64,000 nt of DNA from the NCBI RefSeq assembly GCF_037042905.1, contig NC_087246.1, positions 868,001 to 932,000 on the forward strand. Reading direction: 5' to 3'. The position numbers and the translations under genes were made by a program. Below the pieces are notes generated by a model. It did no database searches, was not told the DNA's origin, and saw only the letters and a program-made list of their open reading frames with translations. This document shows, one piece after another, positions 51,229 through 64,000 of the stretch (position 1 is the first letter of the stretch; each line of letters begins with the position of its first letter). This DNA comes from Lytechinus pictus. Its lineage: Eukaryota.

Positions 51229-54200
51229 ATGGCGGCCACAAAGAGATTAGGGAAGGTAAGAGGTCAAGTTTTTCCTACCGCTTTTCATCTCAATAAGAAT
51301 TGAGTGCATGAATTTTTATTTCTAATTTGCTCAGTAATTTTAAGAGCTACTTATGTGTCTGTGATTTCGTTGAGACCCATTGCAAATGTTTTGACGACCA
51401 CTTCCACTTGGCTCGGTCTTCACGTCACACGGGCATGTCGGGAGCTACATAGACTCAGTACATGAAACATTAAACAAAACTCATTCACGTACGGTACCGG
51501 GTGAGTGTTTCATAAAGCTGTTCGTAAGTTAAGAGCGACAGTTCAAGAACGACTGGCGGTCCTTTCTTGTGGTTTATGTGATATTGGCGACGGTTTAGCA
51601 CGTAAGAAAGGATCACCAGTCGTTTTTAAAGTCGCTCTTAGTCTTACTCTTAGTCTTAGTTGGACTTTTTCGAGTATTGGTACTCTGGCATTATCGTGGT
51701 TTATGTCACCAGTCCATTCACTGCCGTTTATTTAGTCGGCGGTGGTGACATCTTTCCACTCCCATTGACTTTGTACACAACGAGCGTGCACACACCGACA
51801 CACACGAGAAGAGAGGTGACAAATTTTACGATAAGGCCGGTACTCTTAACTTATGAACGGCTTTATTAAAGCCTTTATGAAACGGCGGTACCGATGTTAT
51901 GTGCCCAGATATATGGTAGTGTGAGTGTGACCTTAATTCGCGCGTTAGCCGTTACCTAATTTTGCACATGGTCGAATACTTCAATATTTAATTAATATTT
52001 TGAAAAACTGATATCACCAACAGAAAGAGCGACTTAATATTTAATTTTCTTAAAGGTAAGGTCTCAATTTGTTATTGGCAAAACATCGGCAAATTTTGTT
52101 AACTTTTGCATCCGCTCCGAGAAAATCCGACCCTCTCGACAAGCATCAAGAAATCGCCAGTTTGCAAGCCGAGGTCTCCAAATAAGTAAGTAAAATGTGA
52201 TACCAACCGAATTTATGGCATTTTAACCTCCATCTGATATAATTATCTTACCTTTGCTTGATTTCTTTTCGAAAGCCTTGCAAAACGATCGTGCGCAAAT
52301 TAAGGTCACACTTTTTTATGACACTTTTTCAGCCGAGCGTGCGCTAGTCGATCATCATGGAAATTTGAGATCGCGATGCCAACGAAACCCGTGACCTACT
52401 TTACAATTCCGTCAAGCAGCGAATTTGACTACGGGATCTTGCTTTCCGTTTGGTATTTATGATTTTTGATTAATTTTGTGTGAGCTGTGAGAAATTTTTT
52501 ATTGAAAATCAACTTCATGACGATTTTTAAAATGCGCGCAAATTATGGTCACCCCATCATACAGTTGTGCTCAGAAGTATTCATACCCCTTGGAAAACCA
52601 CATTTTTTTGCATTTTTGATAGAATTGGATTCGGTTACAAATCAGTCAAATACATTTAGGTTAGACAGCTGGCAGCCGTCTGTTTCGAGGAGTTTTTAAA
52701 ACATTTTTAATTTTTTTTATTTCTCCTCGTACACAGACGGCTCGCTATCATACAGCCACCATTAGGGGGTTAACAATTCAAAAATTGACCAAAATAGAGA
52801 TTGTTATTCCTTTTTGGCCTGAAACGCACCAAAACGGGAAAAAATAAACTTAAAAGGTGGAAAAAACAGTGATTTACTTCGGCTGTCGTGCAACTCCCAC
52901 TTCCTGGTTGATCCAAACTTAATACATAAACATATGGCCATTGAGTCCCTGAATAGATCGAGTTAGAACTTGGGTCTCTGTAATTGGTGAGTGGAGCCAA
53001 CGGAGTTCAGCGGAACAACCAACATAACAGAGTTATGTACAAAAGCATGCCATTTTTATTTTCACCTCATTTGCATATCAAAAGAATAGAACGTTCCTGG
53101 ATTTTCTGATGTCCAAAAGTATTCATACCCCTGCCCTGAACCACAAGTTAATAAATTAAATAGCCTTTATCATCAATGACTGCCTCCAGACATCTCCTAT
53201 AGTTTGTTACTAAGTTCTTGCATGTCTCTACAGGGATTTTGGTCCATTCCTCATTTGCAATCCTCTCCAAGTCCTTCAGTTTGCTATGCTTCCTTGCGTT
53301 GACCTTCACCTTGAGCTCTTTCCAAAGGTTTTCGATTTGGTGTAAATCAGGACTTTGGCTCGGCTACTCCAGTACGTTGACTGCATGCTCTTGAAACCAT
53401 GTTTTGACCTTCTCCTTTGGATTGTTGTCCTGTTTGAAGATCCAATCAGGTCCAAGTTGAAGTGTTTCAGCAGACTGCCTGAAAAACAGCCCCAAAGCAT
53501 TATGCTCCCTCCACCATGTTTTACTGTGGGCACTGTGTTCTTTGGGCTAAAGGCTTCCCCTTTCATCCTCCAGATGTAGGCGACATCTCTGTGTCCAAAC
53601 AGCTGCATCTTCATTTCATCAGTCCAAAGAATAGACCTCCAAAAAGTTTTATCTTTTCCCAGATGTCTTCTGGCAAAGTCCAAACGTGATCTTGTGTGAA
53701 TTGGTTTTAGGAGTGGAGTCTTCCATGGTCGTCATCCATTCAATCCTGCCTTATTCAAGGTCCTCTGGATGGTTTGCATGGAGATCTTGGTCCCTTGGCC
53801 ATTGAGATCTTTTAGCATCTCCTTTTTGGTGATTCTGGGGTTGACAGCAGCAGCTCAAACTAAACATCTTGCTTGCCTTGCCAAGACTTTGCGCTTCCCT
53901 CCAGGTCTTTTAAGAATCTCCACTTTGTTGATAGTCTTGAACTCTCTGATGATGCTCTGGACAGTAGCCACATGAACCTTAAAACGCTTGGACATTGCCT
54001 TGTAGCCAAACCATCTTTGTGAGCATTCACTATTCGCAATCTCAGGTCGTCACTAAGTTCCTTTCGCTTGACCATGATGAAGTTTAAGCTTATTCTGATG
54101 AATTGACAAAGATCTTGCCACTGATTCTCAATTAATAGAACCAATGATATTTCTGGAATTAAAATACTGAGCTAAGAAGCTTTAACTAATTCAAGAATTC

Positions 54201-57200
54201 AAAAGAGTAAACATTATTGTTCATCAAAATACATAAAGCTCAAATTATTAGTAGAGTCTACTCATCTTAACTGTAAAAGCTAATTTTATGAGGCTGTTTC
54301 ATCGTGTTCGCGAGCTTGAGATTGCCAACACCAACATCGAACTTGAAATCACAATTTTCCTAATTCCTGGGGGTTGTTGATGGTAAATGGGGAAATTGCA
54401 CATAGATCGTCAACACCAGCCGCAGTGCTGGATTCAGCAAACGACATTCAACACCAGCCTTCAACACGAATTGCTGGAAATATGTCATTTTTCTGAGGTC
54501 ATTTCCAACACAAGCATCACTTCAAGTACGGTGTTGTAACTGATGTTGGTGTTGTCTCAGCACCAGATGTCAAAATCGTACTTGAAATCACCGTATGATT
54601 GTGACAATCACACTGATAGACAATTGAAACAATGTATGGTTTAAATTCTCTGGTTCTGGTTGTTGGATCTGCCCATATACAAATTTTCTTGACCCTGAAC
54701 TGTATTTGGAAAAAGATGAACATGATATTACAATATTGAAAAGACAATGAATTTTAAAGATTGCATGTATCTGTTCTGAAGCACATCCACAATCAATTGC
54801 TAATCAACAGTTCACAATGAATTTTGGGCCTACATTTAACTTACAAAGCCTTTTTTAGATATAGTGAGACAAAGTTCAGCAGCATGGACAGACAAATCAC
54901 CCCACTTAGGCTACCTATTTCACATTCACAATGGGCGCGTCGTGGTCTAGTGGTTCTGACTCTTGTCTTTTAAACAAGAGGGGTGTAGATTCGAATCCTA
55001 GCCATGGTGAATTTTCCTTCAGCAAGAAATTTATCCACACTGTGCTGTACTGGACCCAGGTGAGGTGAATGGGAACCCGGCAGCATTAATTCTTTGAATG
55101 CACGAGCGCTGAAAGGCAGCTCGAGCTGAAGCCGGGGTAATAATAACAATGTGACTCACTCTGAATAGATTGTTTCTTGATAGATGGCGTTATACATGTA
55201 CAAATGCCTCTTATTATTATTACATGCTTCAAGACAAGTCTCAAAGTTGTGCGGAAAGACTCATGACATGATTTCATTATAGTGTGTTTACAATTTCATG
55301 ATATCGGCATTGCGACAAAGAGAGGCATACATTGCAGAGACGTATGTGTATCCCATTGATTTTGTGAACAAAATGTTGCTGAGCTTTCTCTCATTGTGTC
55401 CTGATGTGATTTAACTCTGTATATTTCTAATGATCTTTATTTGTTTTCATTCTCTTTGCTATTTATAGGAGCTGGAGGAGATCAAAAAAAGTAATGTAGC
55501 ATGTCTTAAAGAAGTAATAGTAAATGACACAAACATTCTAAAATGGGAACTTACTATAGCACCGGTAAGTAGACAGTTTGGGGAAAATTCCGTGCATTTA
55601 TTTACATTTCAGACTTGTAATAATTTCACCTTGTATTTTTATGTTTTTTTTTTTTTTTTGGGGGGGGGGGGGGAGTTGAAGCTTGGATACCCTTCATTGT
55701 CACTGTTTTCTTAGTTAAAAATTGACCTGCTATTTTTGAAGTGCTTTGTGTGAACCGGAAGAAAAAGGATCCTTCCTACCCAAAAATCACATCTTCACAT
55801 CTATGAAATTGCCATCTATTTCATTGAGGGTATTTTGATTTAGTTGGGAATGAATGAGAAAATTAGGAATATTCCCATATTTTTTGACCCATCAATATAA
55901 GGGGCCCAAAAGCATATACCGGTAAACGGTAAGTTCAAAATCAGTGCCTTGCATTCTTATCACTGTCTTAAAATGTTTTTTTTTATGCCCATATGAATGT
56001 TAGAATAACAAACTTTTGTTGCTTTGCTTGCTTGTGACCCTTTCCCATGTGCATATTGATGTTAGTAATTTAACTACAACTGATATTTCCACATGTTGAT
56101 CATTCAGAGTAGGGCCAAGTCAAAAAGTTTAACCACCATTTAAATGAGTGGCTTAAAGTATAATCTTAAAGTATAATCACATAAAAGTGGAAAATCAATC
56201 TTAGCCAACTTGTCGAAGTAGATGACAAATGCTGCCTGACTACTATAGAATTTCAGTTGAAGTACAGCCTGTGATTGGACTGAAGGCATGTCAAAGACTC
56301 AGCTTGATCAAGAGAAAGAATGTGTAGGTGTGAGGATCAGCATGGAAGAGAAATAAGGAGATGTATTTTAAGGCTTGGGGTGCTTCAGCTTGCCAGAAAA
56401 GGATAGTATCAGAGTTTATACCAAAACAGACCCTGTCATACATGCAATTTGACGAGTTCCCATGGCCTTAAGAAACAAAATGTATGAGGAAATTCAAACG
56501 ATAAAAACCTTAATAAAGTGATAGAAGCTGACTATTAAAGCCAAGCAAAGAAGAATCGTTAAAATCGGCATCGTCCCAAGTCACCTGAATAAAGCCATCC
56601 AGAGAGAGTAAATTCCCGATAATGACAGTACTAAAGCCGGTGTAATAACATTATCATGTTAAGCAGGGCCTGCTGGGAAAACAGTTTTTGGAACTGAAGT
56701 GGATACCCTGGGTAAAATATGACATTATTATTATTATTATAATTATCATCATGATCATGATCATCATCATCATTATCATCATTATTAAAGGCCAAGGTGT
56801 TCTCGATTAATACAAACATACATGCACATCCATGCCAGGGAAGTGTTTTATGAAAGGACTTAGACGTTTTATCTGACAAAGTCTGTTTTGTCTGACTGTG
56901 TAACAGAGCTGCTTAGCCAATCAAAATTGAGGAAAGTTGTCAGATCTGACAACTTGTTGGATAAAAATGTTCAGGAAATGTCCCCCTGGTCGAAATTTTC
57001 TCTGCATGCATGATATGATTATTAGTCTTTTTAATTTGAATTGGATTTGTTTAACTGAATTTGAATTATCTTTTGTTTTTCTCCTCTCCTCTTCTCCTCG
57101 TTCAATAGAAGGATCCTCCATTTTCCAAAGCCATGTTCAAGATCGATATGAATTACCCTGCAGAGTACCCCTTCAAGCCTCCTAAGATAACATTTGTCAC

Positions 57201-58179
57201 AAAGATTTATCATCCAAACATTGATGAGAAGGGTCAAGTATGTCTGCCTATTATCTCCCCTGAGAACTGGAAACCAGCCACCAAAACAATCCAAGGTAAA
57301 AACAAGATATAACATACCTGCCAGCCAGTAAGATTTTATGAGATATAGTAAGGTGTTTTTTTTTTCTTCACATTTGGAGACAAAATTCTGAAGCATAAAT
57401 TGATTTTTTTAGTATGTGCAGTTTACGTTTAGCGTGTGTTCTCCTAAAATAAGATTTCATTCAGTAAGAATTGTCACTTTAAAAAATTGACAGTTATGAG
57501 TCCAAACGCATTGATCAGGCAGATTTTTGTGTCCAGAATCCAAATAGTTTCCATTTAAGTATCTTCTGAATTACATCAATGGAGATATTGTGATAGGCAT
57601 TCCTTTAGAGTGTTTCATGAAACAAATAGTCCCTGCTAAATTTTCTCTGGTCCAATCAGATGCAATGATTTCAGAATAAATATAATTTATAACAAATAGT
57701 CAGTGAATGCCATTGACTTTCTGACTCGTGAAATGCTCCCCCAATGGAAATCAAATGAATGCAGTTGGATATGATGATCATAATGAAAATAGATATCCAT
57801 GTTTTTTCTTCTCCATGCAATGATCCAAACTTCAGGATATGATGATCATAATGAAAATAATTATCCTTGTTTTTTATCATCTCCTCTGAAGTGATCCAAA
57901 CAATATGATGATCATAATGACAATGAATATTCTTGTTATTTATCTTCTTCACTGCAATGATCCAGACAATATGATACGATGACCATAATGAAAATAATTA
58001 TCCTTGTTTTTTTTTTTATCTTCTCCACTGCAGTGATCCAAGCCCTTCTGGCTTTGGTGCATGATCCAGAACCTGAACATCCGTTAAGAGGAGACCTAGC
58101 TGAGGAATATACTAAGGACAAGAAGAAATTTTTCAAAAATGCAGAAGAATTCAGTAGAAAACATGGCATACCACACTAA
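51229..58179 (+). CDS. UBE2L3: Ubiquitin-conjugating enzyme E2 L3 (UbcH7-type), 151 aa
   Basis: Exons 51229-51255, 55469-55564, 57109-57295, 58034-58179. Translation: [16 protein letters not shown]...[95 protein letters not shown]...HGIPH*. Contains the HPN motif and catalytic Cys. Confidence 0.96.
52562..54280 (-). mobile_element. Degenerate Tc1/mariner transposon in UBE2L3 intron 1
   Basis: TA-CAGTTGTGCTCAGAAGTATTCATACCCCT terminus with an inner repeat AAGTATTCATACCCCT at ~53117 (IR/DR type). Transposase remnant 54075-53148 ([12 protein letters not shown]..., [21 protein letters not shown]) has frameshifts and a deletion. The other TIR was not found. Confidence 0.9.
54295..54593 (-). mobile_element. 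Partial inverted copy of the 6977-8195 MITE, without the nested insert
   Basis: The reverse complement aligns to 6977-7206 joined to 7763-7848. Confidence 0.85.
54933..55222 (+). mobile_element. tRNA-derived SINE, diverged copy with (TTA)n tail
   Basis: Colinear with 16233-16455: A-box TGGTCTAGTGG, B-box GATTCGAATCC, same body. Confidence 0.85.
56150..56630 (+). mobile_element. Highly degenerate Gypsy/Ty3 pol fragment (protease end and RT start)
   Basis: Interrupted translations [40 protein letters not shown] and [11 protein letters not shown] resemble Gypsy pol motifs. Confidence 0.6.
57768..58042 (+). repeat. Four ~70-bp tandem copies of the UBE2L3 last-exon splice acceptor
   Basis: Unit ATATGATGATCATAATGAAAAT-pyrimidine tract-TG(CAA/AAG/CAA/CAG)TGATCCA. 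Confidence 0.9.
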
Positions 58180-58759
58180 TGTCAGTCAATCCTCAATCCC
58201 TTTCTCCTGCCTCTGAATCCCCTCCATCACTGTCCCTCAAACCCATAATGAACATATGTTCCAAATATTTGGTTTCAGAGAATAGATAGTTGCCCCTTTT
58301 ATTTCATGCAAATTATTTGTCATGTGGAAAATGAAGTGTTATGATTATCACTGTACATGGTATCCTTTTTTTTTTTAGATCATGTAACAGGGCTGTATTA
58401 TATGATTTATGCCCAGTGGTGTGGCCTAATGTTTTAAGAAAAAAAAGAATACTAATTTTGTTTTAATACTAAGGAGGAGGCCTGATCTATTTCTGGTTGA
58501 GATTTATTTAGTTAGAAACGATTCATTCCTAAAATTGTCCATACATTACATAATATTTCACATTTGACCCATATTGATTGAAAATTATTCTTCCTTTGAA
58601 ATACCAAGTTGTCAGTCTAAGAATGATTTGTTTTCAGTACACCTATAACATCAACTACACATCAAGGACAGTATTGTTAATAAATAAATCTTGTGCTGAT
58701 TAGGTATACTAGAATCTCATTTTTAAGCAAGACATACTGTACATGTAGGCAGCCTTTTT

Positions 58760-59280
58760 TCTGATGGCGATGTCATCAACATTGAAATCTTATCATGGTT
58801 AAGCTTTTGAAATGTCATAACTTTAAAAGTATATGGATCTATTTCATAAAGACATAGGGTAATCAAGTATCACTGATCAGCTTGTATTAGTTCCGGTCAC
58901 ATGATCAAGGTCAAAAGGTCATTTAGGGTCAATAAACTTTGACCATGTTGTGGTATCAACAATGAAATCTTAACCAAGGTTAAGATTTTGAAATGTGATA
59001 AACTTTGAAAGTATGATGAACTATTTCATTAAGTTTGCATATAAGGGTTATCATTTTAGGAAAAAGGTGAATGAAATTTTGGGTCACTAGGTAAAGGTCA
59101 AAGGTCATTTGGGAGTAAAGCTGATATCTATCAAAGTTAGGGGTTTGAATTTTCAGGATAATATTGAAATCATAAGTCTATTATGTTCAACTTGGATGTA
59201 ATGAATAGATATCCGAAATCAGATTAGTATAATATCGGGTTACATGGTCAAGGTCGAATGTCATTTCAGATCATTGTAGT
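58760..59280 (+). mobile_element. Diverged copy of the 5765-6520 tandem-unit element
   Basis: Shares AAATCTTAACCAAGGTTAAG, AATCAAGTATCACTGA and AGGTCAAAGGTCATTT blocks. Confidence 0.7.
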
Positions 59281-59845
59281 ATGCTGTTCTCAGTTGACTC
59301 TTTTCCTGTGAATCAAATATTAAACCTGAGAGAAGTTATATTCACAAAGGGAGAAAGTGACTTGTCATCTCACATACAGTTGCACCTGACAGAAGATCGG
59401 AGGGGCGTGCAATTGTGTGTAAATAATTACTTGTCTGTCCCTCCGATCTTTTGTTACAAGCTTTCCTGTACCGCTGATCATGTTTGCATACCTATATTTT
59501 AAATTTAATTTTGCTGATTCATATTTGGCATTTTGAAATATTTTGGTATTTTCGAAAAAGAACCTTTTTCTCTTTGTATTTCTATTTTACAGCCAAATTA
59601 AACAACTTTAGACATTGGGAGAACATGTCATTGAATGTGATTATTTTGTTGGCAATATTTTTTAGGATTCCATAAAGTTAGACAAGCTCTCAGCCCTTTG
59701 TCAGTACAAGATTTTATATGAAAGGGGAATTGTATTGCCATTTATTTACCTTTGGAGACTGAATGATTTCATCGACTTCAGCCCACATGTATGCGGCCTA
59801 AATCCCTGAACAGGGTAAATGACTTTTCCTTAATTTAATCAGATT

Positions 59846-59846
59846 A

Positions 59847-59883
<37 letters not shown>
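59846..59883. repeat. (TA)n microsatellite
   Basis: TA dinucleotide run. Confidence 0.9.
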
Positions 59884-59885
<2 letters not shown>

Positions 59886-62526
59886 CACAATTCATTAAAA
59901 GATTTGTTTTATAATGTTCCTCTCAAGTAAAAGTGGTGTATCTGATTTGGTTAAGGTGTTGGTCATTTCTTTGGATGAAATGAATTACCAGTCAGTCTAG
60001 TTTTATCTTATTCTTTGCTTAGATCAAATTGAATTTACATAACTGGGTTTAAACCTAAGAGCATTGAATTTAGCTTTGTCAACAATGAAAAGAAATATAG
60101 TTATGCTTAAGAGAAAGCTATTTGATTCTATGAACCTGACATTTAGTAAAAGTTTACACCTAATGTGAAGGAATAAAATACAAGACTCTTTTACAGTTCT
60201 TGTTTTTTATTAATGGCACGTAGAGTCATATAATGTGATCTTCTGTTATCATCCAGTGTGTAGAATCTGAAACTGTTCTCTCTTTAGTAGTCCAACTCCA
60301 AGTAAAAAAAATGAAGCGTTAAAAGTATTGATATCTTTATGAATGTCTGCAAGTGATATTGATTGTAATATAATTGTAATTGATTTTACCTAGAGTCTTT
60401 TGAATTGGAATTCAAATTACTCAACCCTTTTTAAATTCTAGAAATGCATCGTCTAATTCTTACAGTGTCCTTTTCCCCCAACAAACACTCTCATGTAAGC
60501 AAAGCTTGTTTGGTTTTATCAAGTTTTTTTTCTTCTCATTGTTACATGTAATTATGGAAAGGAAAATTATTGAACAACTGGAAGTCTCAACTTATTACAA
60601 CCATTTCCAGTGATTCCAACTGGTTGTTTAAGGTGACTGTCCCCTTTGTATTGGTTGATCAAGAGTAAGACTATCAACTGATAGAGTACTGGTATGTCCA
60701 TATTCAAGTAAAATCCACAGATTTGTTTTCTGAAAATAAAATTATGTGGTCTATAAGAAAACAATTGTAAATAGAGAAGATCCTAGCAAAACCTAAGTTT
60801 CCTGTATACACATGCTGTAGTATGCAGATAAAGTTTGTTGGACACATGATAAACACTGTGAAAGGTTTAATAGATCAAGAGATTTTCTGTTGATGCACAG
60901 TTTTACTATGTTGGATTAGCTTTGATTTTCATGATTTTTACTTTGACTTTATTCAAATCTTTCGGCCTAAAAATTGTGTTTCTATGAATTCTACGTTATT
61001 GAATTCTGCATAATTCTTTGTTTTTTATATCACAGAAAACTGTGGATCATTATATTGAAAATAAGTAAATTTTGATGATGCAGATGATGATTACTTTGCA
61101 GCTGTAATCTAAAAGGATTGATGGAATGAGACAGATCTGGGAATGTATTATCGATAAAGACCATTGCCATATTCTACCAAGTTAAAACTTAATACTGTGT
61201 AAAAGCTCTTGCTCTGTATTATGAAGAAGGGAGTTCAATTTAGTGCAGTCAGCAATTATTAATAAATTATGTAAAACACTGCTATAGATGAGGGGGAATC
61301 ATCTTGAAAGTACATGAAGTTGCTTTTTAAGTAGAATTTCCAGCATTCTTTACCCTATATGATACTCTCACTACTAGCATATAGGGATCATACAGCTCAC
61401 ATTTTGCAAATTATCTAATCCCTCAAGTGGATTCAGTATATAAACCGTTTGACCACTGAATTCTGTAATTCCCATAGGCTTTGTACCACCTGGATCCAGT
61501 AGGCAATGGCTTAACCTGTTAGAGACTGATTGATTTCGCTATGACATTTGTTTGTCATAAATTCCAGCCCCCATATATGCGAGTTCAGTATCCAACGGGT
61601 TAAACGTAACCATATCCCCACAATTCATGTAGTTTTCTCTTTTTTAGTTTTATAATTGTTGATTCATATCAGCATTTGCCATTATTTGTGTACATGTATT
61701 ATAGTTTCAAAACATTGGATTTCTTATAATTTGTAATAAGGAGAGCAAGAAAGCTAGTAATAATTATCATGTATTATTATGTATAAAAGAGTTTGCAATA
61801 CTGTTTATTGTAGTGATTTGTAGATGTAACAAAGTGAGATTTTGATAGTGTATTGCAACAAAATGTTCATAACATTGCATTTTTATGTTAGCATTTGATC
61901 TCTCAGCCATTCTTTTTTTTCATCAATTGACCCTGATTGGTCATTTATACCTCTATATTTCCTTTATCACATTTAGCTAACTTTTTTTCATGATTTTAGT
62001 ATTATATTAAAGCTTAAGAAATGTTGCATTCATTTGAAACATTCGATGAAGCTACTACATGGTCCACGTAAAATAATACCTAGAATATACTATATACCAA
62101 TACAAATAATTTTTTCAGATAAAAAAACACCTTTCCTGATCATTTAAAACAAATGATAAGTTACTTGTCTGTTATGCATTTTTTTTCTATGTATTTTCAA
62201 TTATCGTCTACGTTTGTTCATCTTAAGAGACATGGTGTTGCGCTACTAGTTGTTACATTCTTTAGAGTAACGGTCTCTAGAGCACTTCATTCAGATGAAG
62301 GAAGTTACCACTGTTTAATGGTTTCAGGGAAATGACATTGTTGATTTTTTTTCCTCAAATAATATTGATACCTGATAATACACATGTCTACAGTAGGGAA
62401 ATACCCTGTACAAGATATTTTCCAACCAAGAATTTTCTTTTCCATTACTCTACACATGTATGTTCTAATGTTTACAAAATTGTTCTCATATTTTGTTGCC
62501 TTCATCAATTTCAAACTAGTTTCATT

Positions 62527-62833
62527 GGCCCGTATTCTGAAGTCAGGTTTAACTTAGACCATGGTCTAACTCTGCTAAAATTATGGGAAGCCAAAAGTTT
62601 CAAATTTTTTATTAAGTTGTATGTTTTTATGTTTACTGTGGTCTTTCCTGATTCATCGATGATGAAGACAGTCAACTTTTTTATACTTCCTAGACAATTA
62701 TGAATGATTTGAGAGCCAAATGAGCTGAAATATATCTCTACTGTTAGTGATTTATTTAACAATTGGCTTACCATACTTAAACCACTACTTTAAACCTGAG
62801 TTTAAAGTTAAACCCGACTTCAGAATACGGGCC
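62527..62833. mobile_element. Harbinger-like MITE
   Basis: TIRs GGCCCGTATTCTGAAGTC(A/G)GGTTTAACTT with a 3-bp ATT duplication on both sides. Confidence 0.85.
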
Positions 62834-63725
62834 ATTGAGTATTGGACACTATTTTGTATGATGCCTAATTTTGTAGTTGATTCTAGAAATCCTTGCAGGT
62901 CTGACTTCTTTGAAATCCCATTGAAATGTGTGTTGTGGAATGAAGAATTGGAAGCTTTCCATGCGACTTAACTCTTGTGATGGTCTTGTGAAAATCCTGT
63001 CTGTCTGTCTGACTCTTCTAGACGGAATATATCTGTCATGTTTTTTTTTAAATATCTTTTCAATATAAAAGAGATTTTGGTTTGTGAAACAAGAAAATCA
63101 TGCATGTAGCGATACTAGCAAAGTAGGACATCATGACATACATTTAAGCAGTCAGAATGGTCTTTAAAAAATATATGTATTTTTTCTACAAATATGTTTC
63201 AATTTAAAAGACATTACTGGCCCTGGCTGTTTACCAATGGCCATTTAAATAGTGTCCTCTCTCTTTCTCCCTTTCCAGTTGTAAAACACCAAGTCAAGTA
63301 AGGTAAAACTTTTGTAGTCTTATGTTGAGGAAGAATCATGCATAAAGAATAAATGATCATCTTTCTAGTACATGTTTTAATACAGTTACTAGTTATGTCA
63401 TTATGTAATACCATTTATATTCTGTTAACAGTCCAAAATATCTGGGTAACTTAAACCTCAAATCATCTAGCTCTATGCTTAAACACTCTCTTTTAATTGT
63501 AGTGAAGCTTATCTTTCGCCTAATTATTCTTTTTACTAATATACCCAGAGTTTATCACTGTAGTGAATCTTTAATGTGTACTAACATTTAGAAAAAATGG
63601 CTTTTCTACATGTGATGTTTGTAGTTAGGTTGTGTTCTATAGGTTTGTCTGTCTACTTTATACCTTACAAATCTGTTGTTAAAACTTTGCTCAGAAGAAG
63701 TGAGAAATGCATGATTTGCATAATC

Positions 63726-63860
63726 TGGGGCCCGTAACACTAAGCTTAGCAATCACAGTAGAAGAATATTTTTATGATTGATTGCATTGACTACAATGTA
63801 CAATCAATCATGAAAATGAAGCGTACGATTAATTGCTAACCTTTGTGTTACAGAACCCAG
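63726..63860. mobile_element. Short diverged MITE
   Basis: CTGGGGCCCGTAACACTAAGCTTAGCAAT ... ATTGCTAACCTTTGTGTTACAGAACCCAG. Confidence 0.55.
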
Positions 63861-64000
63861 ATCTGAAAATTGCTTTGACTTAAGCGATTATTTGACTTGT
63901 ATGAATGGTTGACTTAGGCAGACTTAACTGTAGCAAGAACCTGGGTTTTTATTTCAAATTTATATGTCAGATGGGGGTCAGTGTTATATATGTCATTTCA

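Overview
This is AT-rich, intron-containing animal DNA. The repeat landscape suggests a marine invertebrate, probably a sea urchin (inference). Three host genes were rebuilt by hand from splice sites: the last four coding exons of SPPL3 (+, 1350-3974), a complete 11-exon 504-aa membrane protein resembling the DUF4239/bestrophin-like family (-, 13487-24506), and a complete 4-exon UBE2L3-type E2 enzyme (+, 51229-58179). The centre of the window is a nested insertion stack. A 5'-truncated Tx1/L1-type LINE with an 18-bp TSD contains an 11.2-kb TIR element with a 4-bp AAGT TSD (Sola-like). That element in turn contains an apparently full-length, young PAT-like DIRS retrotransposon (split direct repeats, Gag-RT-RNaseH-methyltransferase ORF, frameshifted tyrosine recombinase), a TTAA MITE and exon-like cargo. 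The rest of the window holds L2/CR1 and Tx1 LINE fragments, a Tc1 remnant, a Gypsy remnant, two tRNA-derived SINEs, many MITEs, a Penelope-type minimal hammerhead motif and tandem repeats. One tandem repeat duplicates the last UBE2L3 splice acceptor. All family names come from motif recognition, not database searches.
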